Shown one piece after another: positions 38,001 through 50,474 of a stretch of DNA of 64,000 nucleotides. The position numbers and the translations under genes were made by a program. Source of the stretch: Convolutriloba macropyga (Eukaryota); contig NC_134474.1 of the NCBI RefSeq assembly GCF_964194025.1, forward strand, positions 1,178,001 through 1,242,000, in the 5' to 3' direction. Positions within the stretch are counted from its first letter, which is position 1. Each line of letters begins with the position of its first letter. The notes under the pieces are model-generated. The model had not been told where the DNA came from and made no database searches. It saw only the letters and a list, made by a program, of their open reading frames with translations.

Positions 38001-41000
38001 TTGAAGTTAGTGAATTAAAGACGTCTAAAGCTTACTGTGGCTAAGTACACGATAACTGTACTTCAGTGCTTTCATTGGTACATCCAGGAAACTCTCAGTT
38101 GAATGCAGATTACAAGTGCTGTCCTCAGCTAAAGTTTCTGCGATCAAATGAGAAAACTCATCAGCGATTCCTATCGAGGATATATGTATAGTCATTTCCA
38201 TCGGAGAGTGGGATCACCTCTCGAGTTTTACTGATGTAATAGAACGATTTGAGTTTTTTTCAGTAAATGACATGATGAAAAACAAGTGTTCACAATAAGG
38301 GAGTGCCAGAGGCCTGCAGGCCCGATTTGGAGGAATGTAAAAATTACAGAGGCGCTATATTCGTACATTGGGTCTTGAGAACCAGTCGTGCTAAATTAGG
38401 TCCGAGATTCGGGCCAGATTGGAGGAGAACTTGTCTAGAGGTGAAGGTTGCGGCCAAAAGATGAGGATGAAGGGGAGACTGTCCCGTTACCGGAGAGTGA
38501 CACTGAGCGCAAATTGGACGTCCAAGTAAACAAGATTTTCATGACTGCCCCAGTTTTAAGGGAAAACCTGAGTGTTCCAACTTGTCAAAAATGGAGAACA
38601 GCTGAAGTTTCTTTGGTTGAGAAGATCTTTAGAGCTTTGGGGCAGTTCTTCATGAGAAGCTAAATTGTCCCTAGGGAAAGTTTTCTCTTCAATGTTCAAA
38701 TCAAGGACGAAATGTAGAACATCGGAAAGCACTTAGACGGAAAAGGGTTGGTTTTGGAGGTCAGTACGCAAAATGCTATATGGAGCTGCAAAGAAGTTTT
38801 GAAAGCGGTGTCAGGAGAAGATATGTGAGAGGGAGCAAAAGGCAGAAGGCGGGCCACCTCAGGTCGCAGTGAGCAATCAGCGGAATCTCACGGCTCATGT
38901 AGTGTGGACTTGAGATCCAGAAGTGGTGGTCGGGTGTTAGCCGAAGCAAGTGAGTCTTGCAGTTCACCGGTGGAGTTAGCAGCTTATCAGGGAACAAACC
39001 GCCAAGGAAGTCAAATTAGAAATTTGAGTCACCAGCTAATTCACAGTACTAAGGTAACAGAGAAGGTGAGGACGGTAGAAACGGAGTTTTTCAGTGGGAA
39101 GTTTTTCCAGCAATGGCACAGAGAAAGTAGGGGTTCCATTCCTTTAAGGACAAACAGTACCTGTTGAGCAATACGATGGGTTTGGTAGACAGCAGAAGGG
39201 AGGAGAACAGTCAGCAATTCTGCAGCCAGACAGAAGTCTGGCTCAACGATACTTTGAACACGATACTGAGAGGTTGGATGTGACTGCAGACATTTCAGAA
39301 GGAGAAATGGGCCAAGCTGAAGTTGATTAGGAGAGAGTGCTGGAGGAGTAGACCACTTGACCGGAGTGGAGATTCCAGCGAAGGGATGTGTGGCCATTCC
39401 TTCATACATAGAAGGAAGATACGATTTGAAAAATGGTGAGTAATGTTCAATAACTTCACTTCTTGATGGTTACTTTTTATCAAGCCTCTCTCATTTTATG
39501 TTTTTTTTTTAAATTCATGTGTTTAATCTAATAGGGATCTAATGTGTAGATAATAGGGATCTAAGTTAAAGAAGCAGGTTGAATTAGATTGACTATTGAT
39601 GATGGCGGTCACGAAAAATGTAATAATATTTCAAAATATCGGAAAATATCCGAAGATATAAAATAGAGCTCAAAAAGAAAGCAATGCTTGCGTACAGGAA
39701 CTTTCTGATGTTTGTTTTTTCAAATTTTTGCTTAGAGCAATTTTGTTGTATAGAAGTGATCTTGATATGCTATTAGAAAGGTGGGTTGAACCAAGAGTAA
39801 TTGAATTTCGAGTTATCGGTATTCTTTGAAGGAGAAATTTTCATGGGATAGCCAGGGTACTTGATGGAAATGTTTTTTGAATCAACTAAATACTTTAACC
39901 AGGCAAAAAACAAAAGAAACTCTAGTTGAATTCTAACTTGTGGCTTGTTTGTTGTGTCTTCAGTACTATTAGAACAAAACTAGTCTATAATTGTTTAATC
40001 ATTTCAATAGAGTTGTGCTTAGATTTAGTGATTTATTTTAATTTGCTGTAATTTGATAAATGTGCTGGAGTAGTAAATTTGTTCTTCATTTGTAGTTAGT
40101 GATTGCTCAAAAACTAATCTACTTGGCATACGTTAGGTGAAAAGGTTCAATGTGGTGTGTTGTGGAATAATTTATGGAAAAAGTAAGGTGTGTTTGCAAC
40201 GAAAGCGACTGATAAGAGGATTATAATACCGAGAATAAACGGACAAAACATCAATAGGATTAGACAAGGTTGGAACATTAGGTCAAACGAATTCTTAACT
40301 TCTATTCGGAAGAATAAAAGCTTAGAAGGGAGGAGTCTAGAGTTTGGGAAATCCTTATTTTTTCACGAAAGTGCCGCAATTGAAAGTGGTAGAACTTGAA
40401 CTTCGAAAATCGTTTTTCCTACAAATTTTTAGTAAGACTGTTGGCTTGCCATTCAGAGCCATATGCCGGAACAGAAATATTGGAACAAAAACAAGAGCTC
40501 TAAGAATTTGAATGGGCGCAATATTGATTTTCAGAGGGGGACCGAACTTATAGAAGTTAGGTATCATCAGGTATTTACCTCAGCGTGATCAAACTTGGCA
40601 GGGCGTAAGTGCATACCGTGGCGAAACTTTCGTTGTTGTCACGTTTGGGAATCTGTTTTATAGATACCATGGGGGGACTTTAATTTTCCAAAAAAAAGGC
40701 TAATTTTTTTTTACTTGAGTGGTTGACCGATTGATCAATTGGTAGCGCCCTAAGTCTGATACTGCTTTTCTTTTAGTTTGAATAGCTTGAGCAGATGTCA
40801 GCAATGAATAAAGAAGGCGTTGAGAAAATTTGATTGTTCTTTTAAAGTCTTAAAAAACTCTGCGTAAGAAATTCATAACTAATGTGGTTTATAATGCGAA
40901 GTGAACAGATTCGTTTGTTTCGTTCTTGGATTAGTTACTAAGGACTAGAACAACAACATCACCAAATAGTACCATAGCGAAGACGTAACTTAGGAGCTGA

Positions 41001-41456
41001 CCTGTATAGATGTGAAGAAAACAAAAACCCTGTTGAGAGAGTTGAAATGACTTGATAAATTCAGAACACCAAAGAACGCCGGAGAAAAGCAATTAGATCA
41101 AGCGGCTTAATTGAAAGCTATTTGGAGTACGTCCTGTGATGAGAGATTCCGTTGAGACAGAGAATAGTACCTCTTTAGATATGAATTTGGTTAAAAATTC
41201 AAAGTTGTCAGCCATTTTTATAATAAAACTCTGGATAAATTTAGATTTTTTTTGTGATCTTTTACACTTCTTATTCATTTGTTTGATTTTGTTTGATCAC
41301 TCGGATCAATTCATTAATCCAACGAGAGTATTTTACAGCCAATCAGAGCAGCGTGGTGACAATAGAACCCTCCAGTAGAGGTATGAGAGCCATCAAAACA
41401 CACCTTTCAATTTGTTAGGGTTTTGGGCGCTAGTTGGTTCTCAACTAGATTCTACA
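35050..41456 (+). mobile_element. Old Gypsy-like LTR retrotransposon with ~1.1-kb diverged LTRs and an eroded internal region
   Basis: LTR1 35050-36149 (TGTAGA...TATACA) followed by PBS-like TGGGGCTCC. PPT AGAAGGGAGGAG then LTR2 40336-~41456, collinear with LTR1. No intact ORFs. Confidence 0.75.
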
Positions 41457-44056
41457 ATTCTGTTGAAAAAATATTTAAAAACACTAAACTGTCAAAATCT
41501 CATTGAAGGGTGAATTGCGTTTAAAATTACACGGACCAGAATAGATTTCAAAGAAAAGCTTAAGTCTGATCATTACTGTGAGTTCAACTGATCACCTAAA
41601 AGTTATTGGCTTTGGTTTTGTCGAGGAGACAAGTGAAGATGAGGTGAGGCTGAGATTTTTTGCTGAGAGCCACAGGAAACATTATGGTTGAGGTCAGACA
41701 TGTTAATTAAGAAAAGGGGAAGAGATTTGGCTCGGGGCCATGTACGGGTAATTTGAGAAATTAGCCAGACTCTATGGGTAACTTCAGCGGAAAAGATGAG
41801 GCGGCAGCCCAGCCCCCGTACAGGTAGATTAGGGAGAATGGCGAGGAAGAGAGAATTCACAAAAAACATCGAGACAAAAATGGCAAGACGTACACATCAA
41901 AAATTAGCCACCTCAACAGCTTTGCAGGACTTATTGACGCCAATGAGCAACTCGATTATACCCGTGAAAAATGTTGGTTATTCTCGCAAGTTATCATGGA
42001 TGGCCCAATGTTCTTCTGGACAATCACTATTTTCTTTTTCATTTGTCGTTTGTCCTTTTCAGCTTCTTTCTTCGTTTTCTAGTGTTGATAAAAAGTTTGT
42101 GCACTTTTGGTTCAAGAAATTTCTTAATTTGTTTTTTTTTCTGGTAAACAGGAGCTGTTGTTTTTCTGCTTTAGTTGTTCTCAGCTCCGGAACTTCTGTA
42201 ATCACCTTTTTGTTTAAAAAATCATTTTGCTAGTCTTTGCGCTAGGCCAACATTGAGAGCCATCAAAGGTATGAGAGCCATCAAAACACACCTTTCAATT
42301 TGTTAGAGTTTTGGGCGCTAGTTGGTCCTCAACTAGATTCTACAATTCTGTTGAAAAAATTTTTAAAACACTAAACTGTCAAAATCTCATTGAAGGGTGA
42401 ATTGCGTTTAAAATTACACGGACCAGAATAGATTTCAAAGAAAAGCTTAAGTCTGATCATTACTGTGAGTTCAACTGATCACCTAAAAGTTTTTGGCTTT
42501 GGTTTTGTCGAGGAGACAAGTGAAGATGAGGTGAGGTTGAGATTATTTGCTGAGAGCCACAGGAAACATTATGGTTGAGGTCAGACATGTTAGTTAAGAA
42601 AAGGGGAAGAGATTTGGCTCGGGGCCATGTACGGGTAATTTGAGAAATTAGCCAGACTCTATGGGTAACCTCAGCGGAAAAGATGAGGCGGCAGCCCGGC
42701 CCCCGTACAGGTAGATTAGGGAGAATGGCAAGTGAACTGTGCAAGGAAGAGAGAATTCACAAAAAAACATCGAGACAAAAATGGCAAGACGTACACATCA
42801 AAAATTAGCCACCTCAACAGCTTTGCAGGATTTATTGACGGCAATGAGCAACTCGATTATACCCGTGAAAAATGTTGGTTATTCTCGCAAGTTATCATGG
42901 ATGGCCCAATGTTCTTCTGGACAATCACTATTTTCTTTTTCATTTGTCGTTTGTCCTTTTCAGCTTCTTTCTTCGTTTTTTAGTGTTGATAAAAAGTTTG
43001 TGCACTTTTGGTTCAAGAAATTTCTTAATTTGTTTTTTTTTCTGGTAAACAGGAGCTGTTGTATTTCTGCTTTAGTTGTTCTCAGCTTCGGCACTTCTGT
43101 AATCACCTTTTTGTTTAAAAAATCATTTTGCTAGTCTTTGCGCTAAGCCAACATTGAGAGCCATCAAAGGTATGAGAGCCATCAAAACACAACTTTCAAT
43201 TTGTTAGAGTTTTGGGCGCTAGTTGGTCCTCAACTAGATTCTACAATTCTGTTGAAAAAATGTTTAAAACACTAAACTGTCAAAATCTCATTGAAGGGTG
43301 AATTGCGTTTAAAATTACACGGACCAGAATAGATTTCAAAGAAAAGCTTAAGTCTGATCATTACTGTGAGTTCAACTGATCACCTAAAAGTTATTGGCTT
43401 TGGTTTTGTCGAGGAGACAAGTGAAGATGAGGTGAGGCTGAGATTATTTGCTGAGAGCCACAGGAAACATTATGGTTGAGGTCAGACATGTTAGTTAAGA
43501 AAAGGGGAAGAGATTTGGCTCGGGGCCATGTACGGGTAATTTGAGAAATTAGCCAGACTCTATGGGTAACTTCAGCGGAAAAGATGAGGCGGCAGCCCGG
43601 CCCCCGTACAGGTAGATTAGGGAGAATGGCAAGTGAACTGTGCAAGGAAGAGAGAATTCACAAAAAACATCGAGACAAAAATGGCAAGACGTACACATCA
43701 AAAATTAGCCACCTCAACAGCTTTACAGGATTTATTGACGGCAATGACCAGCTTGATTACACCCGGGAATAATGTTGGTTATTCTCGCAAGTTATCATGG
43801 ATGGCCCAATGTTCTTCTGGACAATCACTATTTTCTTTTTCATTTGTCGTTTGTCCTTTTTAGCTTCTTTCTTCGTTTTTTAGTGTTGATAAAAAGTTTG
43901 TGCACTTTTGGTTCAAGAAATTTCTTAATTTGTTTTTTTTTTCTGGTAAACAGGAGCTGTTGTTTTTCTGTTTTAGTTGTTCTCAGCTCCGGCACTTCTG
44001 TAATCACCTTTTTGTTTAAAAAATCATTTTGCTAGTCTTTGCGCTAAGCCAACATT
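41379..44056. repeat. Tandem triplication, ~0.89-0.90-kb unit
   Basis: Units start AGGTATGAGAGCCATCAAAACAC at 41379, 42267 and 43168; near-identical ORF translations recur three times. Confidence 0.93.
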
Positions 44057-45072
44057 GGCATCGTTTGAAATAGAAAATTCGGTCATGAAATGACTTGGGT
44101 TTTAATTGTTGCCACATTACCTCTTAGGTTTCACAGAATTGCTACCCCACTCCATCCTTTAGATTTTACCGCTATTGGAAGAATTATCAGATGAGCAATG
44201 TTGTTTGAGCTGCTGCGCGCATAATTAATTTCTCGGAACCCTTCTGATACTGATGACACTCTCGTTCTACTTTGAGTTAAAGAAAAATTGTCCACAGTGA
44301 ACGGTGAAGAAGTGGGTATACAGCAGAACCTTGCGTAGACATAAATATCCTAAGTTCAATCCCCTGACTCACTTTCATTTGTGCTCTCAAGTAATATTAA
44401 CAAATCAATATATTGAAATGAATTCTCTTATTAATTTACACTGGAAATGGATTTACACTCGGTGTTAGATACAATTGAGAACCGATTGGGACTCTTTGGT
44501 TTCTCATAAGTTACGCTCTCTCGGTTTTTTAGGCTTGTGCCCACCATTATAGATTCAATTTTCCTTCAATTACATTAGACAAAATCTGATCCATTTGTTG
44601 TATCCATGCAATTTTAGTTTTCAAGTGCTGATATTTATTTTAAACTTTAAATGTTTTCCATTGCTTATTGAATGTTATTTTAATTTAATTGATTTAATTG
44701 TGAGGATATTTTTCAGGGAATCCACGAGCAAGACTTATCTGCCAACGAAGGTGTGAACAATAGCCTCTCCTTGGTACGTACTGCTTATAACTACCATATC
44801 ATTAATTTATACAGTTAAAATTTCCCACTTTCTATATTCGCCGTTTTCATCAAATTTTTCAAGGATAATTTTCGGGAAATTTTCATAGGAGAAGTTCAAA
44901 TTTTGAACTTAAGAAGCTCTAATAGCAGATGAAAGATGTTCAGTTGTAGGCATTGAGTTTTCCGAGCGTTCACTTTATAACGTTTCAGTTTTATGGGATT
45001 TATTATAAATCCTTCCACAACGCTGAAGCGTAAGAAAACGTTTAGTAACTACCAAAAAAATTGAAAGCTCAA

Positions 45073-45201
45073 AGTAGTGGATAAAACAGGGCTTCCAGCC
45101 ACCAGCAAAAATTTGACCCTTTCTCCAAGCGCTAATCACGCATGTCGAATCTGGCCAAATTTTACTGATTTCTGGAAGCCTTGTTTTATCCACTACTATA
45201 T
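45073..45201 (+). repeat. Left TIR of element B (self-complementary)
   Basis: AGTAGTGGATAAAACA...TGTTTTATCCACTACT; reverse-complement match to 61399-61526. Confidence 0.95.
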
Positions 45202-45410
45202 ATTAGCTCTAAATTTGATAAAAATTAAAATTAAAATAAAAAAAAACAAAAAATCAAAAAATCAAAGCAAAATTTATATTTCACTCTTTAAGAGTGATTC
45301 ACTCTTATTCGCAGTGATCCCCAGTAGAAAAGATTGCTCTTTTTCGCCCTTAAAGAGTGAATCCCTCTTTTTTGATATTTTTTTATTTTTTTTATTCTTT
45401 TTATTTCAAA

Positions 45411-46286
45411 TTATCTATACTTTTCAATAAATTTATATTTTCTTTTTGTTTTTTCTATATTTATTCCATTATTAATAAGAAATGATACAAAATTATAGTA
45501 TTTACATGAACAACTGTCTTCTGTTTGGTTAATAACTAAAGGACTTACAGCTCTAGGACTTTGCCAACTAGGATTAATTGTTTTATCCGCGAAGCGGTTA
45601 CACCGATCAGTTATATCAGGGAACCTGCTTTGCAGATTTCTACTAAATCCTCTAGTCATATCTATATCTGGATGTTGTTTCTTTACATGAGCCCGTATCC
45701 CATCATATCTCACAACAGAAGTACAATATGGACAATTAACTTTAGCTGAAGTACAACTTCTACATGTATACTTACCCTCATCAAAATTATTTAGTGGTTT
45801 TATATAATTACACTTATTACAACATCTAGTTAATACTTCTGGGCTGGGGTTAAGGTTAGGGTTAGGGTTGGGGATAAGGTTAGGGTTGGGGTTGGGGTTA
45901 GGATCTGAGTTCGAGTTATAGTCATAGATAGAACCAGAACCAGGACTAGAGCTAGAACTGGGGTTAGAACCAGAACCAGAACTAGAACTAGAACTAGAAC
46001 TAGGGTTAGAACTAGAGTTAGAATTAGGGTTAGAACTAGAACTAGGGTTAGAACTAGAATTAGAATAAGAATTAGAACTAGGGTTAGAACTAGAATTAGA
46101 ACTAGAACTAGATTCATTTTTTAAAGAACAACCCCACGGAGAAAAATTATTAGCACAAATACCACTTAATATTATATTACCACACATGCATTTATCAGTT
46201 TTATCTTTATGAAATGATTCATAATGATATTTTAAAACAGCAATGTTTCCACATTTATAATTACACTCTAAACATTGTAAAAGCAT
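45411..46286 (-). CDS. Multi-zinc-finger protein with S/N/P low-complexity linker (291 aa)
   Basis: CLECNYKC...HYESFH, CNKC...CRSC, CPYC...HVKKQH; TTATAAATG start context. Confidence 0.75.
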   Translation of the reverse strand: MLLQCLECNYKCGNIAVLKYHYESFHKDKTDKCMCGNIILSGICANNFSPWGCSLKNESSSSSNSSSNPSSNSYSNSSSNPSSSSNPNSNSSSNPSSSSSSSSGSGSNPSSSSSPGSGSIYDYNSNSDPNPNPNPNLIPNPNPNLNPSPEVLTRCCNKCNYIKPLNNFDEGKYTCRSCTSAKVNCPYCTSVVRYDGIRAHVKKQHPDIDMTRGFSRNLQSRFPDITDRCNRFADKTINPSWQSPRAVSPLVINQTEDSCSCKYYNFVSFLINNGINIEKTKRKYKFIEKYR

Positions 46287-46314
46287 TTATAAAAGGGTAA
46301 ACTATAAAATTTAC

Positions 46315-47979
46315 CTAATCCTTCACAGGGTAATATTTAACCATGATTTCAGTTAAATCTTTAGTATTATCTTTAGATGTGATACACTCTGCTAAATATC
46401 TATTTCCTAAAGTATTGAGTGTATTAGTTTTACATCTCTTATCTAAAATCAAATCAAGGTCTAATTCTTTTTTATCTTTAACAAAATTTATAATCTCTTC
46501 TCTGAGTTCTTCATTATTTATATATAGTTTGTTTAAAAACCTTCCTCCCTTTCTATTCAAAATTCCCATCTCTTCATTGACGAAGTCATAGTTACACTGA
46601 TCAGTATACGAACTTTGTTCGTGGTTTACCAAACTGCTTCCCTGATCAGTATAACTGCTTCGTGTTTCACCTTCCAACTCTTCTCCATATCCAACATTAA
46701 CTAATGTATTTACTCAACTCAACATTGTACTTGCTCCCATTGCTACAGTTCCAGCATTTCTTGATACTGAATTAGGATAAAAACAATTAAATATATATAA
46801 ACCTGCGCCTATAATTCCACCAATATTTGATAAAATTTTCATACCCTTTCCCATAATCATTTTTTTAGTTAGAACATCATTCTGAATCTTAATATTATTT
46901 AAAGTAAGAAGTTTATTAAAATAAAACTGATAATTATCATGATTAATAACACTTCTATCTGTTGCATTAGTCATTAGTGGTTTCATATATGCTATAAGTT
47001 AATTTATATCTTCTCTCTCTAAATTATCTTTTAAACTAAGAGCTTTTAAATCAAGGAAACCAACTCTTGAATTATATATCATCGTTCTATTACTACTAAT
47101 AATAATAAAAGTATTTTCCTTTTTACTATATTTAATTATACCATAACGAAGTTCATCTGACATTTCATCTGTATAATTATAATAGTTACTATTTAATTCA
47201 CTAATTATTTTATTGAAGTCATGTTCCCATTTATATATCTCATTAAAGTTTTTAAATAGGTCAGGTCCATTATAAGTTGTTAAATGAATAGTATCACAAC
47301 TCATTCTTGCTGTATTAATTATTTGAGCTGGTTTATGACACATTACAATCATTTGAATATTATAATGTCTTTCTTCAGTAAAATAATAATCTATATCCTT
47401 ATTTAACCTATCACCCATATCATCAAGTACTATTACACAATTTTGAAATTTATGCATATTATTTTTTGTGATCATATTTATATCACATTTATTAAACCCA
47501 GTATAAAACTTATTAGACTCAGGATCTATCCAGTCTCTGTCATCTTTACAAACTATAACTATGGACCTTTGGTCTTGATCTTGAACTTGATCTTGATCTT
47601 GAACTTGATGTTGAACTTGATCTTGAACTTGATCTTGAACTTGATCTTAAACTTGATCTTGAATTTGCTCTTGATCTTGAACGTGATGTTGAACTTGATG
47701 TTGAACTTGATCTTGATCTTGAACTTGATGTTGAACTTGATCATGGTCTAAGTATAACTTTAAGTATTGTCTAATAAAATATGTTTTACCCGTTCCAGTT
47801 CCACCATAAACAATAGTAAGTAGTGGTGACTTTTCATATTCAAATCTAACTAGACTCCTATTCATAAATCCACCAAAGCTTTCTTTTAGTTTTGTATATT
47901 TACTTGGTCTTGAATCAAATATTATATAACAAATTCCAATAATAATAATAAAAATAAAAACTGCACTACTTGTTTCCTT
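46315..47979 (-). pseudogene. Second packaging-type ATPase with N-terminal TM anchor and C-terminal hydrophobic extension (~554 aa; three in-frame stops, start mutated to AAG)
   Basis: ORFs 47647-47865, 46999-47475, 46714-46986 and 46315-46677 share one frame. GGTGTGKT, IVLDD, FTEERHYNI. Confidence 0.82.
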
Positions 47980-48063
47980 TTTTATATAATAAATATAGAT
48001 TTGATTTAGATTTAGACTCAGACTTATAATTAGACTTAGATTTAATAAATTTATTATATAAAA

Positions 48064-48694
48064 ATGCTCATTCTAACTTTTGAGGAATTCAATAATAAAT
48101 TTAATATTGATAATAATGCTATGAGTGATATCAGAATAAAAGATATAGGTAAAGATATAAGTCTAACACCAATTGAGATTGTAATGAGAGATCAAACTCC
48201 AGATAGTATCAGTGATCCTAACTTCATTATTGTAAATCTACATCCAACTGAAGGTACACATTGGTTTTTAGTTATAAGAAGAGAAGGTGGTCCAACATAT
48301 TACTTCGATAGTTTTGGTGTAGAAACCCCAACATTATTCCTAGAAGAATATGTTGATCTAGGCTCTAATGAGAGAATACAACAATATGATGAATCTTATT
48401 GTGGGGCTTATTGTTTATATATGATCTATCTTATTGATAGAGGATTTAGAATTAAAAGTGCTTCGAATATTCTAGTTAATCAATGTAAATATCCAGAAAT
48501 ATATAATGAGTGTTCTTGTTTAAGTTGTAATGTTAATCGGGAAACTTGTTTCGCAGATGATAATGATAATGTTAATGATAATGATAATGTTAATGATAAG
48601 GATAATGTCAGTGATAATGATAATTATAATGAAAATGATAATGTTATTGATCTACGAAGTAGCTTTACTAATAATGATAAAGATAATGTTAATG

Positions 48695-48729
<35 letters not shown>

Positions 48730-49466
48730 GATAGGAATAATGAATCTAATAGGAATAGCAATAGTAATAGCATTAGTAATAGTCCTACTAATAATATCCG
48801 TGAAGCGGTTTACCGATATCTGTAAACATAAATGATGATCTATTTTCATGGCTAAATGATGACGATATAATTACTGAAGCCGCATTCCCAGATAACTTTA
48901 GATGTATAATATCTGGTCCTAGTGAATGTGGTAAGACATTCTTATTGAAAAATCTACTTCTAGCTAGTATATACTTTGATAAGTTATACATCATTGGACC
49001 TACTGGTGATCAGTACCATGGTATAGAAAGAATAAACCCAAAAAGAGATGTTGAATTTATTAAAGATATAAAAGATTTACCATCTCCTGATAAACAACCC
49101 AAAGACTTAAAGAAACTAATGATATTCGATGATGTTAGAGCCAAGGAACCAGTTATCAATGAATACTTTTGTAGAGGTAGACATAATAATTGCAATATGA
49201 AATAACTTAATCAAAACCTGTTCTCTCTGGATAGGCAGAGTGTTAGAGAGAACTGTAATCAATTTATTTTATTTTAACAGAGAGGTAAAGTCCTCATATC
49301 TATATATCAAGATTTCTTTAATAATGTTGAACTTAGTTATAATGATTTTGCTAATATATGTAATAAGGTATGGAAAGAGCCTTATAATTATATTGTCATT
49401 GATGTAACTAAAAATAAAAATATTAATGGTAAACTAAGAATTAATTGGGATCGGAGAGCTTTGTAG
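48064..49466 (+). pseudogene. Adenain-like protease fused through an N/D-rich linker to a packaging ATPase (1-bp frameshift at ~48810, two later stops)
   Basis: VNLHPTEGTHW, YFDSFG, QQYDESYCG; then GPSECGKT, MIFDD, RGRHNN, RENCN, EPYNYIVID. The ATPase frame has no ATG of its own. Confidence 0.82.
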
Positions 49467-49484
49467 TTTAGTTTAAGTTTAAGT

Positions 49485-49635
49485 ATCAGGGAACCTGCTT
49501 CGCAGAGAAGTGTAGGTCTAAGTACAAGTCTAAGTATCGGGAACCTATTTCGCAGATAAGTATAAGTATAAGTATCGGGAACCTGCTTCGCAGATAAGTA
49601 TAAGTGTAAGTATCGGGGGAACCTGCTTCGCAGAT
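49485..49635 (-). repeat. Four intergenic copies of the hairpin micro-repeat separated by TAAGTA hexamers
   Basis: ATC(A/G)GGGAACCTGCTTCGCAGA(T)-like units at 49485, 49536, 49574 and 49612. Confidence 0.9.
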
Positions 49636-49645
49636 AAGTATAAGT

Positions 49646-50458
49646 CTAAATCAAATGTAAAGTAAAACTTAATAAATCACCATTAAAGTCTATAGGTCTT
49701 CCATGCTCATCTTTAATATGAAATTCTATATATTCTATTCTATCTTTAGTTACATTTTGATACAAGATATTAGTTGGTATAACATTTATCAAGTAACCTG
49801 GTGGTTCTGTTAGATAAAAAGTATGTAATATATCTGTATCTTTACCATTATCTTTAGCTCCAGATATAATATTGCAATGAATGTTAATAGTACTAAAACC
49901 CATAATATCAATAATTTTCTGAGATTTATATCTACTTTTTTATAAATTATTTTTCTAAATCCTATTAATGAGGCTAGTGAGTTTTCTATATCAAAGCTGA
50001 GTGCTCCTTGTTTTATTTCCATTAAACATTTCATCGTATTCTTATCAGGTTCTATGCTCATGTGCTCCCGGTGTAATAGTTGAATATAGCAACGGGATTC
50101 TTTTATAATTATGATTAAGTATAGATGTAATGTTTGGGCTTGAGGTAGAGATAGGGTTAAGGTTAGGGTCAGAGCTAAGAGCCCGAGGTAAAGCTTCATC
50201 ATCTTCTATAACAGTACTAGCATATAAGAATTGATTATTTCTCCTATTCACATTAAACACCGAATTATAAACAGATAATCTAATTAAACCTAATTTTGTT
50301 GTATTAAGTATAGGTTCAATAAAGTTAAACTTTTCATTTGGTTTTAACATTCTAAAGTTAAATGTATGCTCTTCTTTAGTTTTAGTTAAAGCTTCGTGTA
50401 TATTTTGTAGTTCTCTTAACATTAAACTATCGGTGAAACCGCTTCGTGAATCAGTCAT
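49646..50458 (-). pseudogene. Minor capsid protein (penton-like), frameshifted
   Basis: LSVYNSVFNV...NNQF, ITPG, INIHCNII, PPGY, DEHGRPIDFNG...FTLHL across three frames. Confidence 0.82.
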
Positions 50459-50474
50459 TTTTTATCTAATAAAA

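Noticed and set aside
41603-44035. Repeated ORFs as a tandem gene family
   Set aside because: Products of the DNA triplication; frames are broken differently in each copy and no domain is recognisable.
45073-45197. Independent MITE insertions at each end of element B
   Set aside because: The GCTCAA duplication flanks only the two outer ends, so the 16.4-kb unit inserted as one piece.
45845-45902. TTAGGG telomere-like repeats
   Set aside because: Degenerate, internal, and encode a PN dipeptide run on the - strand; one of many hexamer expansions.
45830-48849. Very hydrophobic ORFs 45830-46117, 47443-47751, 47559-47744, 48530-48835 and 48652-48849
   Set aside because: Alternative-frame or antisense readings of hexamer repeats inside real genes.
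49485-49635. CRISPR-like repeat-spacer pattern
   Set aside because: Spacers are TAAGTA low-complexity hexamers, no cas genes, eukaryotic viral context; explained by the micro-hairpin family.
50433-50474. Upstream GTG start for MCP given by the ORF track
   Set aside because: Overlaps the penton start; the ATG at 50475 has the AAAAATG context shared with other genes.
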